Assembly (NCBI GenBank): GCA_040398465.1
Contig: JBBAUA010000001.1
Location: 85,254 to 149,253 of the forward strand
Length of the DNA stretch: 64,000 bases
Direction: 5' to 3'
Origin: Hyphomonadaceae bacterium
GTDB taxonomy: Bacteria; Pseudomonadota; Alphaproteobacteria; Caulobacterales; Hyphomonadaceae
This document shows positions 23,886 to 34,639 of this stretch, in pieces. The translations under genes were made by a program, and so were the position numbers. The notes below the pieces were generated by a model. It was not told where the DNA came from, did no database searches, and was given only the letters and a program-made list of their open reading frames with translations. The first letter of the stretch is position 1. Every line of letters begins with the position of its first letter.

Positions 23886-26294
23886 CTAGCCCGTCTGCAC
23901 CGTCGCCCCGCAAGCCTCGCAGACGGCAACACCGTCATCGGGCCTCAGGGTAAAGTGCCCGCAAGTGGGGCAGGCGTCCGAAAGGTAGTCGGGGCTCCTC
24001 TGCGGCGCCACGGCCGGTCCTTCGGCGGTCTCGAGCCGCTCCGCCACGCGCCTCGCGGTGAACGGCACGATGTTGTCCGGCATGACGCCGCGGCTGAAGC
24101 CCTTGGAGATCAGCTGCTCCGGCCGAACCGGCTGTACCGCCACCGTCGGCTCCTCGCCTTCGTTCGACCCGCCGCCGAGCCCGTCATGGCTGACGTTTTC
24201 CACCTCGGCCAGGTCGTCGCGGCCAAGGTAGGAGACCGCCAGCTCGCGGAAAATGTAGTCCAGGATCGATGTCGCCTTGCGGATCGAGTCATTGCCGGTG
24301 ACTTCGCCAGCCGGCTCGAACCGGGTGAAGATGAAGGCGTCGACATACTCTTCCAGCGGCACGCCGTACTGGAGGCCAATCGAGATCGCGATGGCGAAGT
24401 TGTTCATCAGCGACCGGAAGGCCGCGCCTTCCTTGTGCATGTCGATGAAGATCTCGCCGAGTTCGCCATCGTCGAATTCGCCGGTGTGCAGGTAGACCTT
24501 GTGGCCTCCCACAGTGGCCTTCTGGATATAGCCCTTGCGGCGATCCGGCAGGCGGCGACGCTCGGCAATGTAGACCTCGTCGTGCTCAAGCACGGGCGCC
24601 ACGGGCGCTGGCGGGACGTGACGTTCGAACGTCGGAGCCTGCGTGTCGGCATGGAGCGGCGCACGGGCGCGGCGCTTGGCCTCCGAGATGCGCTGCTGCA
24701 GTTCAGCGTCGACAGCGGGCCGCCCCGCCTCGATCCGCACGCCGAGCCCGGCCGCCATCGCGGCGCGGACGGAGGCATGCACGGTCATCCGCATCGTGTC
24801 CGACTGCTCGCCGGTGGCTATGGTGATCACTGGCTGGCGCGAAAGGTGAGGGGCGATGGCCTTTGCGAGCCGCACCCGCGCCTCGGGCGTCACGCCGTCC
24901 GAGCGGGCCAGGATTTTCGCCAGCGGTGATTTCGGGTTCGACACCGGCCGCCTGCGGCCTTGCACCGCCACCCGAGCCTCATCGATCTCGCGCGCCGAGA
25001 TGCCCAGCGCTCGCAGCAGGCTTTCACCGTCGGTGTCGTAAGCTTCCGGGTTCAGCCCCAGCCGCTTGCGGATAACTTCGTCGCCAACTACCCAGCGCGA
25101 GAAGCCTGCAGCAAGGCTCAGCCCCTCCTTCAGCGCCTGTTCGATGCGGTCCAGAGCATCCTCCGGCATGCCGCGCGACTCCAGCCGGTGCCGCTCAAGC
25201 CCGTCGATCTGGTCCAGCGTGCGCGCGCCGAGAATGCGCAGCCGCACATCCTGCGCCTCATCCTTGGAGGCGGCACTCGTCAGCGCCGCGGAAACGCACT
25301 GCGAAAGCTCCGGCGTCTGCTCGTCCTCATGCGCGAGCAGGAGATCCACCGGGTCCGCCCCGCAGCTTTCGGCCGACAGCCACTGAATGCTCGCGGGCGA
25401 GAGATGATCGACAGTCAGGCTCGCTCCCGAAGCCCGCGCCGCTGCGCAGATCTTCTCTGCCGCCGCCACACCTGCTTCTGAATCGTATGCCAACCCTTGC
25501 GACATCACCGCCGCCGCCAGCCCCGCCACATGCACCGAGCATCCTGGCAGCAGCGCCGCGATCGCAGCGATGTCCGTCGTCAGAAGCGGCAGGTCGCCCG
25601 TCGCCGCATACCGCGCCACATTTAACGCCACAGCTGGCGCGCCTACGTCCGAGGCTCCGCCTCCAATCCCGATCCGCACCGCCAGCCGCGTCCGGCTGAC
25701 ACGCTCGATGGCGGAGGCGACTTCGCCCGCTTCGATGCCCGTCCACGCGGGAAGAACGTACGATTGCCGCCCCGGCTCGCGCGCGCCCGTGGCTTGCCGG
25801 CGCAGTGTGATCGCAGCCGCTCGCGGCCCGCCCGGCGTGCACAGCGCGATCTCTACCAGTTCTGCATCCGCCCCGGCCCGGAAGGCATCGATAAGGGCAG
25901 ATGTCGTCGGCCGCCCTTGATCGTCCGTCTGGATGGTCAGCGCCTCCAGCGCATCGGCCACGGCCACGAAAGCCTGCGTCGCTACCGCCCGCGCAGAAGC
26001 CACCGCCGTCGCATCGGCAATCGCGGGCAGGAGGTGTCCCGGCTCGATCGCCGTCGCCACACCCGCCTCGACCAGGCTGGCCGGCGCAATCGGCGTCACC
26101 CGCCGCGTCCGCACCGCTTCGCAAACCGCTTCAGCCGCTTCGCTCTCACTCCCCAGCGTCCGGATCGCCGCGAGGTGCGCATTGACCATCCGGGCCGGCG
26201 CGGTCTCGGCATCGCCCTGATCCAGCAGCGCCGCGCCTGTCTCCAGCACACGCGCAAGGTGGCGGACGGACGACTTGGTTCGGGATTCGCCCAT
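23886..26294 (-). CDS. class II ribonucleotide reductase (NrdJ)-like protein with degenerate catalytic core, TSCPD domain and C-terminal zinc ribbon
   Basis: ATG at 26294 is preceded by GGAGG. The C-terminal [11 protein letters not shown]...[11 protein letters not shown]...[21 protein letters not shown] matches the NrdJ TSCPD region. CPTCG...CEACG forms a zinc ribbon. Core motifs are aligned but substituted (see findings). Confidence 0.8.
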   Translation of the reverse strand: MGESRTKSSVRHLARVLETGAALLDQGDAETAPARMVNAHLAAIRTLGSESEAAEAVCEAVRTRRVTPIAPASLVEAGVATAIEPGHLLPAIADATAVASARAVATQAFVAVADALEALTIQTDDQGRPTTSALIDAFRAGADAELVEIALCTPGGPRAAAITLRRQATGAREPGRQSYVLPAWTGIEAGEVASAIERVSRTRLAVRIGIGGGASDVGAPAVALNVARYAATGDLPLLTTDIAAIAALLPGCSVHVAGLAAAVMSQGLAYDSEAGVAAAEKICAAARASGASLTVDHLSPASIQWLSAESCGADPVDLLLAHEDEQTPELSQCVSAALTSAASKDEAQDVRLRILGARTLDQIDGLERHRLESRGMPEDALDRIEQALKEGLSLAAGFSRWVVGDEVIRKRLGLNPEAYDTDGESLLRALGISAREIDEARVAVQGRRRPVSNPKSPLAKILARSDGVTPEARVRLAKAIAPHLSRQPVITIATGEQSDTMRMTVHASVRAAMAAGLGVRIEAGRPAVDAELQQRISEAKRRARAPLHADTQAPTFERHVPPAPVAPVLEHDEVYIAERRRLPDRRKGYIQKATVGGHKVYLHTGEFDDGELGEIFIDMHKEGAAFRSLMNNFAIAISIGLQYGVPLEEYVDAFIFTRFEPAGEVTGNDSIRKATSILDYIFRELAVSYLGRDDLAEVENVSHDGLGGGSNEGEEPTVAVQPVRPEQLISKGFSRGVMPDNIVPFTARRVAERLETAEGPAVAPQRSPDYLSDACPTCGHFTLRPDDGVAVCEACGATVQTG

Positions 26295-26509
26295 GGCATG
26301 CCTCCGCTGGCCGGCCCCGCGAGATTGAGGCGCCGAACCCGAATCGCCCACATGATGAAGTGCTTTGGCCTTGCCTGCACACAGGAATTTGTCGCATAGC
26401 CGCGGTTGGCGGCCTGCTGGACCGGTTTGCTGGAACCCTTTATCTGGGAACGCCATATTCGCGCCGCGCCAATCGTTCCTATGTATCCGCGAGTCGTTCT
26501 GGAGCCGAG

Positions 26510-26896
26510 ATGCTGAAGTCGATCTTCACCTGGTGGAACGGCGCCACGATTGGCGCCCGTTTCGACATCGGACGTCGCGCCTCCTACGTCGGCGCGGACG
26601 ACACCGGCAATAAATACTACGAGGAGCGCAAGCCGAGCCTCGAAGGCCGCAAACGCCGCTATGTGATCTACAATGGCTACGCCGAGCCCAGCAAAGTGCC
26701 GGCCGAATGGCATGGCTGGCTGCACCACACTTTCGAAAAACCGCCGACCATCGATCCGCTGCTCCGCCGCTCCTGGGAGATCGACCACAAGCCGAACCTC
26801 ACCGGCACGCTGGGCGCCTATCGCCCGCCGGGCTCGCTTGCTGAGGGTGGTGAGCGCGCGCCGAGCTCGGGCGACTATGAAGCCTGGAAACCCTGA
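26510..26896 (+). CDS. NADH:ubiquinone oxidoreductase subunit NDUFA12-like protein
   Basis: [11 protein letters not shown]...[10 protein letters not shown]...RRYVIYNG...[11 protein letters not shown] is the NDUFA12 family signature. ATG at 26510. Confidence 0.85.
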   Translation: MLKSIFTWWNGATIGARFDIGRRASYVGADDTGNKYYEERKPSLEGRKRRYVIYNGYAEPSKVPAEWHGWLHHTFEKPPTIDPLLRRSWEIDHKPNLTGTLGAYRPPGSLAEGGERAPSSGDYEAWKP

Positions 26897-27393
26897 TGCG
26901 TGAATCGCTGTTCGAAACGCTCGTCGGCTTTGCCGTTGTCGCAGTGGCGGGGTTCTTCCTCGTCTTCTCGCTGTCGCAACAGTCGGGCGCGGCGACGGGC
27001 GACAGCTACGCCTTGCTCGCCAAGTTCGGTCGGGCGGATGGCGTTGGCCCCGGAACGGATGTCCGCGTCGCCGGCGTGAAGGTTGGCGCGGTCACGGCCG
27101 TCAATGTCGATCCAAAGACGCTGCGCGCCGAAGTGAAGATGAACGTCCGCAAGGACATCCTCATCCCGGCGGACTCGACTGCGCAAATCCAGTCAGACAG
27201 CCTGCTGGGTGGTAGCTACATTTTCGTGCTGATCGGCGGCGATCCCGACCTGAACCTGCCGACGGACGACACCGGCGTGTTCGATTACACGCGCGGAACT
27301 GTCGATATCATGAGCCTGCTGCTCGAAGCCGTTGGCAACGCGTCCGGCGGAGGCGATCAAGGGGGCGGCATGGCGGAAGAGGCTCCCCTATGA
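26896..27393 (+). CDS. mlaD: MlaD/MCE-domain outer-membrane lipid asymmetry protein
   Basis: N-terminal TM helix followed by an MCE domain (GTDVRVAGVKVGAVTAV). The start overlaps the previous stop (TGATG). Confidence 0.8.
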   Translation: MRESLFETLVGFAVVAVAGFFLVFSLSQQSGAATGDSYALLAKFGRADGVGPGTDVRVAGVKVGAVTAVNVDPKTLRAEVKMNVRKDILIPADSTAQIQSDSLLGGSYIFVLIGGDPDLNLPTDDTGVFDYTRGTVDIMSLLLEAVGNASGGGDQGGGMAEEAPL

Positions 27394-27860
27394 AACTGCT
27401 CGCAGGCCTGCTGATTGGCGGCATAACGGCCCTGGCGCTTGGCGCCGGCGCGTTCGCGCAGGACGGCGAGCCGGGCAACCGGCTGCAGCCAGCCGGCGCT
27501 GCAAAGCTCCGCGCGCTCGACAAGATCACCGGCAACTCAACCGACATCAGCGCCCGCGTCGGGCAGTCGATCGATCATGGCCGCCTGAAAGTCACCGTAC
27601 GTGCGTGCAACCAGTCCAGCCCGCAGGACGCGCCGGAAGCCGCGGCTTTCCTCGAAATCTACTCCACCGCCCCGCCTAAGGCGCAAAAGACGCCGAACCC
27701 GATTGCCGACTCGAACATGCATCGCGGCGCGCAGCCGATCGGCGAAAATGGTCTTCTTTTCTCGGGCTGGATGTATGCGTCTTCGCCTGGCCTCAACGCC
27801 CTCGAACACCCGACCTACGACGTCTGGGTGATCAGCTGCAGCACCTCGGCCCCGCAATAG
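27390..27860 (+). CDS. DUF2155 domain protein, secreted
   Basis: Signal peptide. LRALDKITG...RLKVTVRAC...[23 protein letters not shown] pattern of DUF2155. ATGA overlap with mlaD. Confidence 0.8.
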   Translation: MKLLAGLLIGGITALALGAGAFAQDGEPGNRLQPAGAAKLRALDKITGNSTDISARVGQSIDHGRLKVTVRACNQSSPQDAPEAAAFLEIYSTAPPKAQKTPNPIADSNMHRGAQPIGENGLLFSGWMYASSPGLNALEHPTYDVWVISCSTSAPQ

Positions 27861-28462
27861 GTCTGCGTCCCGAACTGCGCGTCGTGCTGCAGGGCATCGT
27901 GAAGCCGGGCGCGGAACACGTCCCGCGGCGCCTCCTCGACGCCGAATGTCTCGAGATGCCCGGTTACGAACTGCGTATCGAGCAGCCGGTATCCCCCCGC
28001 CTTCAACCGCGCGACCAGATGGGCCAGCGCCACCTTTGAGGCATCCGTCGCGCGCGAAAACATGCTCTCGCCGAAGAACGCGGACTTGAGGCTGACCCCG
28101 TAAAGCCCACCCACCAGCTCGCCATCGCGCCATGCTTCCACACTGTGCGCGTGGCCTGCGCGATGAAGCGCGCTGTAGAGGTTGAGGATCTGCGCGTTGA
28201 TCCAGGTCTGCGGCCTGTCAGGCGCAGCCTCTGCGCAAAGCTCCATCACCCGCGAGAAGGCCGTGTTGATCCTGATCTCGAACACGTCGCGCCTTATCGT
28301 CTTGCGCAGGCTCTTCGAGACATGGAAGCGACCGAGCGGCAGCACGCCGCGCAGGTCCGGATCGACAAGAAACAGCCGCGGGTCATCGCGCGAGTCCGCC
28401 ATCGGAAAGACGCCGCGGCGATAGCAGTCGAGCAACTCGTTGGGGCCAAAAACCCGGCTCAT
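27815..28462 (-). CDS. aat: leucyl/phenylalanyl-tRNA--protein transferase
   Basis: [28 protein letters not shown] and GGLYGVSL motifs. ATG at 28462 (the track start is GTG at 28489). The 3' end overlaps the convergent DUF2155 gene by 46 nt. Confidence 0.9.
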   Translation of the reverse strand: MSRVFGPNELLDCYRRGVFPMADSRDDPRLFLVDPDLRGVLPLGRFHVSKSLRKTIRRDVFEIRINTAFSRVMELCAEAAPDRPQTWINAQILNLYSALHRAGHAHSVEAWRDGELVGGLYGVSLKSAFFGESMFSRATDASKVALAHLVARLKAGGYRLLDTQFVTGHLETFGVEEAPRDVFRARLHDALQHDAQFGTQTYCGAEVLQLITQTS

Positions 28463-28512
28463 GCGTGGAGGTCCCAATACCCGAGCCACAACCGCATGCC
28501 CACGCCCAGAGC

Positions 28513-29856
28513 CTATGTCTTAATTCCGAGGAACTTCTCGAGCCAGTGGATGTCATAGTCGCCCTTGGCGATCTCTGCGTTCTCGGCGAGGCGGCGGTGC
28601 AGCGGCAACGTCGTCTCGACGCCGGATACAACTGTTTCGTCCAGCGCACGGCGCAGGCGGGCGAGTGCTTCGGCGCGTGTCGGCGCGTAGACGATCAGCT
28701 TGCCGATCAGGCTGTCGTAGTAAGGCGGCACGCGGTAGCCAGAATACGCGGCGCTATCGAGGCGAACGCCCAGCCCGCCCGGGGCGTGGAACTCCTGGAT
28801 CAGCCCCGGCGAGGGCGTGAAGGTTTCCGGGTTCTCCGCATTGATGCGGCACTCGATGGCGTGTCCGGTGATCTTCACATCCTTCTGGGTCAGCGACAGT
28901 TTCTCGCCGAACGCGATGCGGATCTGCTCCTGCACGAGGTCAACGCCCGTGATCATCTCGGTGACCGGGTGTTCGACCTGCAGGCGCGTGTTCATCTCGA
29001 TGAAGTAGAACTCGCCATTCTCGTAGAGGAATTCGATCGTCCCGACACCGAGATAGCCGAGCTTCTTGATGGCGGTGGTGACAGTCTTGCCGATCGATGC
29101 GCGGGTCGCCTCGTCGATGACGGGCGAGGGGGCTTCCTCGAAGACTTTCTGGTGGCGGCGCTGCAGCGAGCAGTCGCGCTCGCCCAGATGGATCACATTG
29201 CCATGGCTGTCGGCGACGACCTGGATTTCGATGTGGCGCGGCTTCTGGAGGTACTTCTCCATGTAGACGGCATCGTTGCCGAACGCGGTCTTGGCTTCGG
29301 TGCGCGCTGTCGTGAAAGCGAGCTCAAGTTCTTCCGGTGAATGCGCAACCTTCATGCCGCGTCCGCCGCCGCCGGCCGTGGCCTTGATGAGGATCGGATA
29401 GCCGATGCGCTTGGCGTTGGCTTTCGCGCTTTCCAGATCGACCACTTCGCCGTCCGAGCCGGGGACAACCGGCACGCCCGCCGTCTGGATCGCATCCTTG
29501 GCCGTGATCTTGTCGCCCATCATCCGGATGTGTTCGGGCTTCGGACCGATGAAGGTGATGCCCGACTTCTCGACGATCTCGGCGAACTTCGCGTTCTCCG
29601 AGAGGAAGCCATAGCCCGGATGAATTGCTTGCGCGCCGGTGATCTTGGCCGCGGTGATGATCGCGGGAATGTTGAGATAGGATTTCGCGGCTGAGGCCGG
29701 GCCTACGCACACGCTCTCGTCAGCGAGACGGACATGCATGGCGTTGCGGTCGGCTTCCGAATGGATGGCCACCGTGTGGATGCCCATCTCCTTGCACGCG
29801 CGGTGCACGCGGAGAGCAATCTCGCCACGGTTCGCAATCAGGATTTTCTCGAACAT
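28513..29856 (-). CDS. accC: acetyl-CoA carboxylase biotin carboxylase subunit
   Basis: [17 protein letters not shown] start. ATP-grasp motifs. 447 aa. Confidence 0.97.
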   Translation of the reverse strand: MFEKILIANRGEIALRVHRACKEMGIHTVAIHSEADRNAMHVRLADESVCVGPASAAKSYLNIPAIITAAKITGAQAIHPGYGFLSENAKFAEIVEKSGITFIGPKPEHIRMMGDKITAKDAIQTAGVPVVPGSDGEVVDLESAKANAKRIGYPILIKATAGGGGRGMKVAHSPEELELAFTTARTEAKTAFGNDAVYMEKYLQKPRHIEIQVVADSHGNVIHLGERDCSLQRRHQKVFEEAPSPVIDEATRASIGKTVTTAIKKLGYLGVGTIEFLYENGEFYFIEMNTRLQVEHPVTEMITGVDLVQEQIRIAFGEKLSLTQKDVKITGHAIECRINAENPETFTPSPGLIQEFHAPGGLGVRLDSAAYSGYRVPPYYDSLIGKLIVYAPTRAEALARLRRALDETVVSGVETTLPLHRRLAENAEIAKGDYDIHWLEKFLGIKT

Positions 29857-29860
29857 CGCG

Positions 29861-30355
29861 CTACTCGATGATGACGAGCGGTTCGCCGAATTCGACGGGC
29901 TGCTGGTTGTCGACAAGGATCTGCACAACCTTGCCCGGGCGCGGCGCCGTGACCGGGTTGAACGTCTTCATCGCCTCGATCAGCAGCAATGTGACGCCTG
30001 CGTTCACCGTGTCGCCGACCTTCACGTATTTCGCAGAGCCTTCCTCTGCCTGCAGGTAGACCGTGCCGACCATAGGCGACTTCACCGCTCCCGGATGGTC
30101 GCGCAGAGAAGCCGGAGCTGGGGGCGGCGCCGCCACCGCTGCGGGCGCAGCGGTTTGGGTCGCTGGCGCCGGGGCGTAGGCCTGCGCCACGTGCACGGCT
30201 TTGGCTTCAGGCTTCACAACCTTGATGCGCATGCCGCCTTGCTCGATCTCGATCTCGCCGAGGTCGGCTTCCCGCAGGATGGCTGCAAGCTCGCGGATCA
30301 GCCCGGTGTCGAACCTGCCACTTTTCTCGGGAGGCTTGTCGGCCATGATCGTCAA
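29861..30355 (-). CDS. accB: acetyl-CoA carboxylase biotin carboxyl carrier protein
   Basis: Ala/Pro linker and biotinyl-lysine motif EAMK. Located immediately upstream of accC. Confidence 0.95.
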   Translation of the reverse strand: MTIMADKPPEKSGRFDTGLIRELAAILREADLGEIEIEQGGMRIKVVKPEAKAVHVAQAYAPAPATQTAAPAAVAAPPPAPASLRDHPGAVKSPMVGTVYLQAEEGSAKYVKVGDTVNAGVTLLLIEAMKTFNPVTAPRPGKVVQILVDNQQPVEFGEPLVIIE

Positions 30356-30801
30356 ACTCTCTTCTGTTCAGCGAGGGCGGCGACAGCCTCAATGGCCAGT
30401 CGGTAGCCCAGGGGACCAAAGCCGGCGATGACGCCGGACGCTGCTGGAGACACCAGGCTCTTGTGCCTGAACTCTTCCCGATTCCCGGGGTTGCTGAGAT
30501 GAACTTCCACGACCGGAATGGTCAACACCTTGAGCGCGTCGTGGATTGCGACCGAGGTGTGGGTATAGCCGCCCGCGTTTATGATCAGCCCGCCTGCCTG
30601 TCTACGGGCTTCCTGTATCCAGTCCACCAGCTCGCCTTCGTGGTTGGACTGACGGAAGATCAGTTTGGCGTCAGCTTCCTCGGCAGCGTCCTGTGTCAGT
30701 TTCTCCAGGTCGGCCAGCGTGCCCTTGCCATAGACGGCAGGCTCGCGCTCACCCAGCAGGTTGAGGTTGGGGCCGTTCAGGCAGTAGATGGTCAGGCTCA
30801 T
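30352..30801 (-). CDS. aroQ: type II 3-dehydroquinate dehydratase
   Basis: [14 protein letters not shown]...[11 protein letters not shown] and [11 protein letters not shown] motifs. 4-nt overlap with accB. Confidence 0.95.
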   Translation of the reverse strand: MSLTIYCLNGPNLNLLGEREPAVYGKGTLADLEKLTQDAAEEADAKLIFRQSNHEGELVDWIQEARRQAGGLIINAGGYTHTSVAIHDALKVLTIPVVEVHLSNPGNREEFRHKSLVSPAASGVIAGFGPLGYRLAIEAVAALAEQKRV

Positions 30802-30914
30802 TGAAAACCTTTACCTGAGACCGGTTCGCAGCCAGGCACCCGGCCCAGCGGTGAGACTGAATAGGCGAATCCGGGTCCGGTTCAAATGGCAGATTCAAGC
30901 GTTCGGACGATGAA

Positions 30915-31115
30915 ATGAACGTGTTTCTCAACGGCGAGGCGACCGAAGCCCCCGACGGCGCCACCGTCGGCGAATTCCTGCGCCAGCTGGCCATGCCGGA
31001 AAAGGGCGTGGCGGTGGAGCGCAATCGCGAGATCGTCCCCAAATCCCTATATGGAACGACCCGCCTCACCGAAGGCGACCGGATAGAGATCGTGCAGTTT
31101 GTGGGAGGCGGGTGA
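30915..31115 (+). CDS. thiS: sulfur carrier protein ThiS
   Basis: 66 aa. Ubiquitin-like ThiS pattern ending in VGGG. Confidence 0.9.
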   Translation: MNVFLNGEATEAPDGATVGEFLRQLAMPEKGVAVERNREIVPKSLYGTTRLTEGDRIEIVQFVGGG

Positions 31116-31503
31116 GCGGTGCCACAAGTGCTCCTCCGTGGCGCCCCAGATCAGTTCCGCGACGCTTGTTCATGCATTGAGCCGTCTCCGGGCCGGGGCG
31201 TGTCGATCGATCTGGACCGCGCGGAGCGGCTCGGACTTTCCAACGAGACATTCTGGAGCTGCGGGCCGTCTCTGATGAAAATGTGGGGAGCGAAGGAGCG
31301 GAAAGTTTCTCGCGCATTGGTCGCGATACCTGGGCCAAGCTGGCGACGACAGATTGCCAGCGAGATCAGCGATGCAGAAAGTCCCGCAAGAGCATTCGCA
31401 ATGCAGGCCGGCCTTGCCATGTTCACAGCAGGCGGCCGAAGGCTTGGTACGATTGCCGGGATACCTTAAGGCGCATGCGCCGCTTCAAAGAGTGAAATGA
31501 GAT

Positions 31504-32301
31504 ATGCCTGATCAAGCGCCAAGCATCGCACCCGACGACCCCCTCATCATCGCCGGTAAGGCCTACACCTCGCGCCTCATCGTGGGCACGGGCAAGTACG
31601 CCAGCTACGCGCAGAACGCCGAAGCCGCCGAGGCTGCGGGCGCGGAGGTCGTCACTGTTGCTCTGCGCCGCGTGAATGTCGCCGACAAGGGCTCGGAACG
31701 GCTGGTCGATCATCTCGACCCCAAGCGCTTTACCTACCTGCCTAACACCGCGGGCTGCTACACGGCTGACGAAGCAGTGCGCACGCTGCGCCTCGCGCGC
31801 GAGGCGGGCGGGTGGAATCTCGTGAAGCTTGAGGTGCTGGCCGACCAGAAGACTCTCTACCCCGACATGTCGGAAACGCTGGTCGCTGCGAAGGCGCTGA
31901 TCAAGGACGGCTTCGACGTGATGGTCTACTGCTCGGACGATCCGGTCTACGCGCGGAAGCTGGAGGATGCGGGCTGCTGCGCAATCATGCCGCTCGGTTC
32001 GCTTATCGGTTCGGGGCTCGGCGTGCAGAACCCGGTCAACATCCGGCTCATCGTCGAGCAGTGCAAAGTTCCGGTGATCGTCGATGCGGGCGTCGGTACA
32101 GCCTCTGACGCCGCCATCGCGATGGAGCTGGGTGTCGACGGCGTGCTCATGAACACGGCCATCGCCGCAGCGAAGGATCCCGTCCGCATGGCCCGCGCGA
32201 TGAAGCATGCCGTCATCGCCGGCCGCGAAGCCTATCTCGCCGGCCGGATGCCGAAGAAGCGCTACGCTGATCCTTCCAGCCCGCTCGGGGGGCTGATCTA
32301 G
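31504..32301 (+). CDS. thiG: thiazole synthase
   Basis: [29 protein letters not shown] and [12 protein letters not shown] motifs. Confidence 0.95.
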   Translation: MPDQAPSIAPDDPLIIAGKAYTSRLIVGTGKYASYAQNAEAAEAAGAEVVTVALRRVNVADKGSERLVDHLDPKRFTYLPNTAGCYTADEAVRTLRLAREAGGWNLVKLEVLADQKTLYPDMSETLVAAKALIKDGFDVMVYCSDDPVYARKLEDAGCCAIMPLGSLIGSGLGVQNPVNIRLIVEQCKVPVIVDAGVGTASDAAIAMELGVDGVLMNTAIAAAKDPVRMARAMKHAVIAGREAYLAGRMPKKRYADPSSPLGGLI

Positions 32302-33047
32302 CTGCGGATCTGCTGCCGCGTCGCCTCGATCAGCGACTCCAGCTCTTCCTGCCCGAAGCCGCCGACGAAGCGGCCGTTGATCAGGAAGGACGGCGTGCCC
32401 TGCAGGCCCGCCATGTCAAATTCCTCAACCGAGCGATCGACGCGCTTGATCAGGTTGGCGTCCGCCATGTCCTTCTTCCAGCGCGCGATATCGAGTCCGA
32501 CCGACTGCGCGATCATCTCCAGATTGGCTGGCGTATAGGCGTTCGCCGGCGCCTTCATCAGCGCCACATGCATCTCGCGATACTTGCCCTGCTGGTGCGC
32601 CGCCATCGCCGCGATCGCCGCCCGGCGCGAGTCCTCGCCGCGCACGGCGGACTCCTTCACGATCACCTTGATGTCGCTGCGCCGGTCATCGACTTGCGCC
32701 ATCACCCACGGCACGGCGGCCTTGCACACGCCGCAGTCATAGTCGCTGAATTCCACGATTGTGATCGGCGCATCCTTGCGGCCGATGTAGGGATCGTCCT
32801 TCGACGTCGCGAGCAGCTTCTCCCACGCGCCTTCCGCTGCGAGCGTCTGCGTCGCCAGCTGGTTGCGCTGGAAGGCGGTCTGCATCTCGAACAGGATTTC
32901 CGGTTCGCGCAGGAGATACTCCTTCACGATCGCCTCGACCTGCGCCTTCTCCAGGCCGCCGACTGAATCCGGCGCTTTTACCTCGCTGCCCGAACAGGCA
33001 GCGGCGCCAAGGGCGAGCAGGGCGGAAAGGGCGGTTGTCAGGCGCAT
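32298..33047 (-). CDS. DsbA-family thiol:disulfide oxidoreductase, secreted
   Basis: Signal/lipobox (GAAAC). Thioredoxin-fold CGVC active site in [10 protein letters not shown]. The stop overlaps the thiG stop region. Confidence 0.85.
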   Translation of the reverse strand: MRLTTALSALLALGAAACSGSEVKAPDSVGGLEKAQVEAIVKEYLLREPEILFEMQTAFQRNQLATQTLAAEGAWEKLLATSKDDPYIGRKDAPITIVEFSDYDCGVCKAAVPWVMAQVDDRRSDIKVIVKESAVRGEDSRRAAIAAMAAHQQGKYREMHVALMKAPANAYTPANLEMIAQSVGLDIARWKKDMADANLIKRVDRSVEEFDMAGLQGTPSFLINGRFVGGFGQEELESLIEATRQQIRS

Positions 33048-33142
33048 GTGCAGTTTCCTTCCGGGCCATCCTGCCTCCCGGTTCTTAAGGGAGGATGGCG
33101 GGTCTTGAGAGAAAATGGGCTTTCCAGTCCGGATTTACAGCC

Positions 33143-34543
33143 TCAGCGCTGCCCGTCCAGCGTCATCTCGGTGAGGTTGCGGCGCGCCGCGCGCGGGTTG
33201 TTGCGTGGGTCGGCCAGCGCCATGATGTCATCAGCGCGCTGACCATTCGGCGTGTTGCGATCCAGCTTGTCCAGAGACCGTCGCGCGAAGTTGAAGGCGC
33301 GCGGCATGTCGCCGACCAGGTAGGCTTCCTCAGCTGTGGCAAGGTTGGCGTCGCCGATGCGGTCCTGCTTGGCGTACGCCACGGCAAGCTGGTTCCAGGC
33401 GAAGGCGTTGTCCGGTTCGAGCCGGATGGCGTCCATCAGCAGGCCCTCGGCCTCCTTGATTGCCGGCTCTTCCTTGGTGCCGATCAGCGAACGGGCGAGG
33501 TTCACCTTCAGCAGGGCATGCTGCGGCGCCAGTTCGACAGATTTGCGGTGCGGCGCGACCGACTCCGCCGCCTTGCCGCTTTCGAACAGGACCTGGCCTT
33601 TCAGCTCCTGGAAATAGGCATTGTCCGGATCTTCCGCGATCAGCGTTTCGATCTGTGTCAGCGCCGCCTTGATGTCTACGGCGCGATAGGCGGCGATGGC
33701 GCGCGCATAGCGGCCCGGCGTCGACTGGTCGCTCACCGGATAGCGCGAATGAACACGGTTTGGCGGACCGATGAAGCCAACAAGCTTCGCCTGCACCATC
33801 TTCAACTGCTGGATTTCTTCCGGCGTTTGTGGGCGGGCCTTGGCCGAGATTTCCTTGGCGCGATTTGCGATTGCGCTGACGCGGGCGCTGGAGATCGGGT
33901 GCGCGCGGAAGTAGGGGTCGCGGCGCGTTTCCGACATCAATTCCTGATAGCGGAATTTCTCCATGAATGAGACATTGCCGTCAGCCGATTGGCCAGTTTT
34001 CTCCATAAGCTGGACGCCGAACAGGTCGGCAGCGGCTTCCTCCGAGCGAGTGTGCTTGAAGAAGCTCAGCATCTGGAACTGCGGCGCGGAGGCAATGAGA
34101 GCCATGGCGGCATCCGGAGCTCCGGCGAAAAGGGCGAGAGCGCCGAGCCCCATGGTGATCAGGGAAACGTTTCCGGAGCCTTCGTAGGCGGCGCTGCGCG
34201 TGATGTTGTGTCCAAGCGCGATGTGGCCAGTTTCGTGCCCAACAACGCCTTTCAGCTCTTCCGGTGTGCGCGCCTCCATGATGAGGCCGGTGTGAATGAA
34301 CATGTTCTGTCCGCCGGCGACGAAGGCGTTCAGTGAATCGTCCTGCAAGATGTACAAGTTTACGTCGTCGGGCTTCAGGCCTGCAGCTTCGAACAGGGGA
34401 TCGAAATACCCGCGCAGGATCTGTTCGATCTCTGCGTCGCGGATCAGGCCCTGAGCCGAGGCTGTAAGCGGTAGCGCGACTGAGAATGCAAGCGCGAGCG
34501 CGGGCGCCGCAACGGCTTGAAAGACTTTGTGCATAACGCCCAT
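33143..34543 (-). CDS. M48 family metalloprotease with C-terminal TPR repeats
   Basis: HETGHIALGH zinc motif, signal peptide and TPR-like C-terminal half. ATG at 34543 (the track start is TTG at 34561). Confidence 0.85.
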   Translation of the reverse strand: MGVMHKVFQAVAAPALALAFSVALPLTASAQGLIRDAEIEQILRGYFDPLFEAAGLKPDDVNLYILQDDSLNAFVAGGQNMFIHTGLIMEARTPEELKGVVGHETGHIALGHNITRSAAYEGSGNVSLITMGLGALALFAGAPDAAMALIASAPQFQMLSFFKHTRSEEAAADLFGVQLMEKTGQSADGNVSFMEKFRYQELMSETRRDPYFRAHPISSARVSAIANRAKEISAKARPQTPEEIQQLKMVQAKLVGFIGPPNRVHSRYPVSDQSTPGRYARAIAAYRAVDIKAALTQIETLIAEDPDNAYFQELKGQVLFESGKAAESVAPHRKSVELAPQHALLKVNLARSLIGTKEEPAIKEAEGLLMDAIRLEPDNAFAWNQLAVAYAKQDRIGDANLATAEEAYLVGDMPRAFNFARRSLDKLDRNTPNGQRADDIMALADPRNNPRAARRNLTEMTLDGQR

Positions 34544-34639
34544 GCGAACGCTCTCTCTCAATCCCGCCGACAGCCAACGCTAACCATCAGGCACGGATAG
34601 TCAAAGCTGCCGCGCTGTTCCGCTGCCTTTTGGCGCGAC

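Noticed and set aside
17561-23893. The two unrelated direct-repeat pairs (the zur leader pair and the pair at the NrdJ-like 3' end) are both exactly 124 nt apart.
   Set aside because: The repeats and the intervening sequences are unrelated, so I treat the equal spacing as coincidence.
26295-26509. Possible cobalamin riboswitch in the leader of the NrdJ-like gene.
   Set aside because: There is no B12-box (GCCACTG-like core) on the relevant strand. The region is better explained as a divergent promoter region shared with the NDUFA12-like gene.
30802-30914. Possible TPP (THI-box) riboswitch upstream of thiS.
   Set aside because: A CTGAGA is present, but the downstream ACCC..GAACCTGATC(C/T)GG.TAAT.CC.GCG.AGGGA core cannot be aligned on either strand.
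31119-31469. Track ORFs inside the thiS-thiG spacer (31119..31469 plus strand, 31151..31426 minus strand, 31283..31495 plus strand).
   Set aside because: Third-position GC is only about 60% in either frame, compared with much higher values in real genes here. They have no motifs, and they overlap one another. They are reported only as an unexplained spacer.
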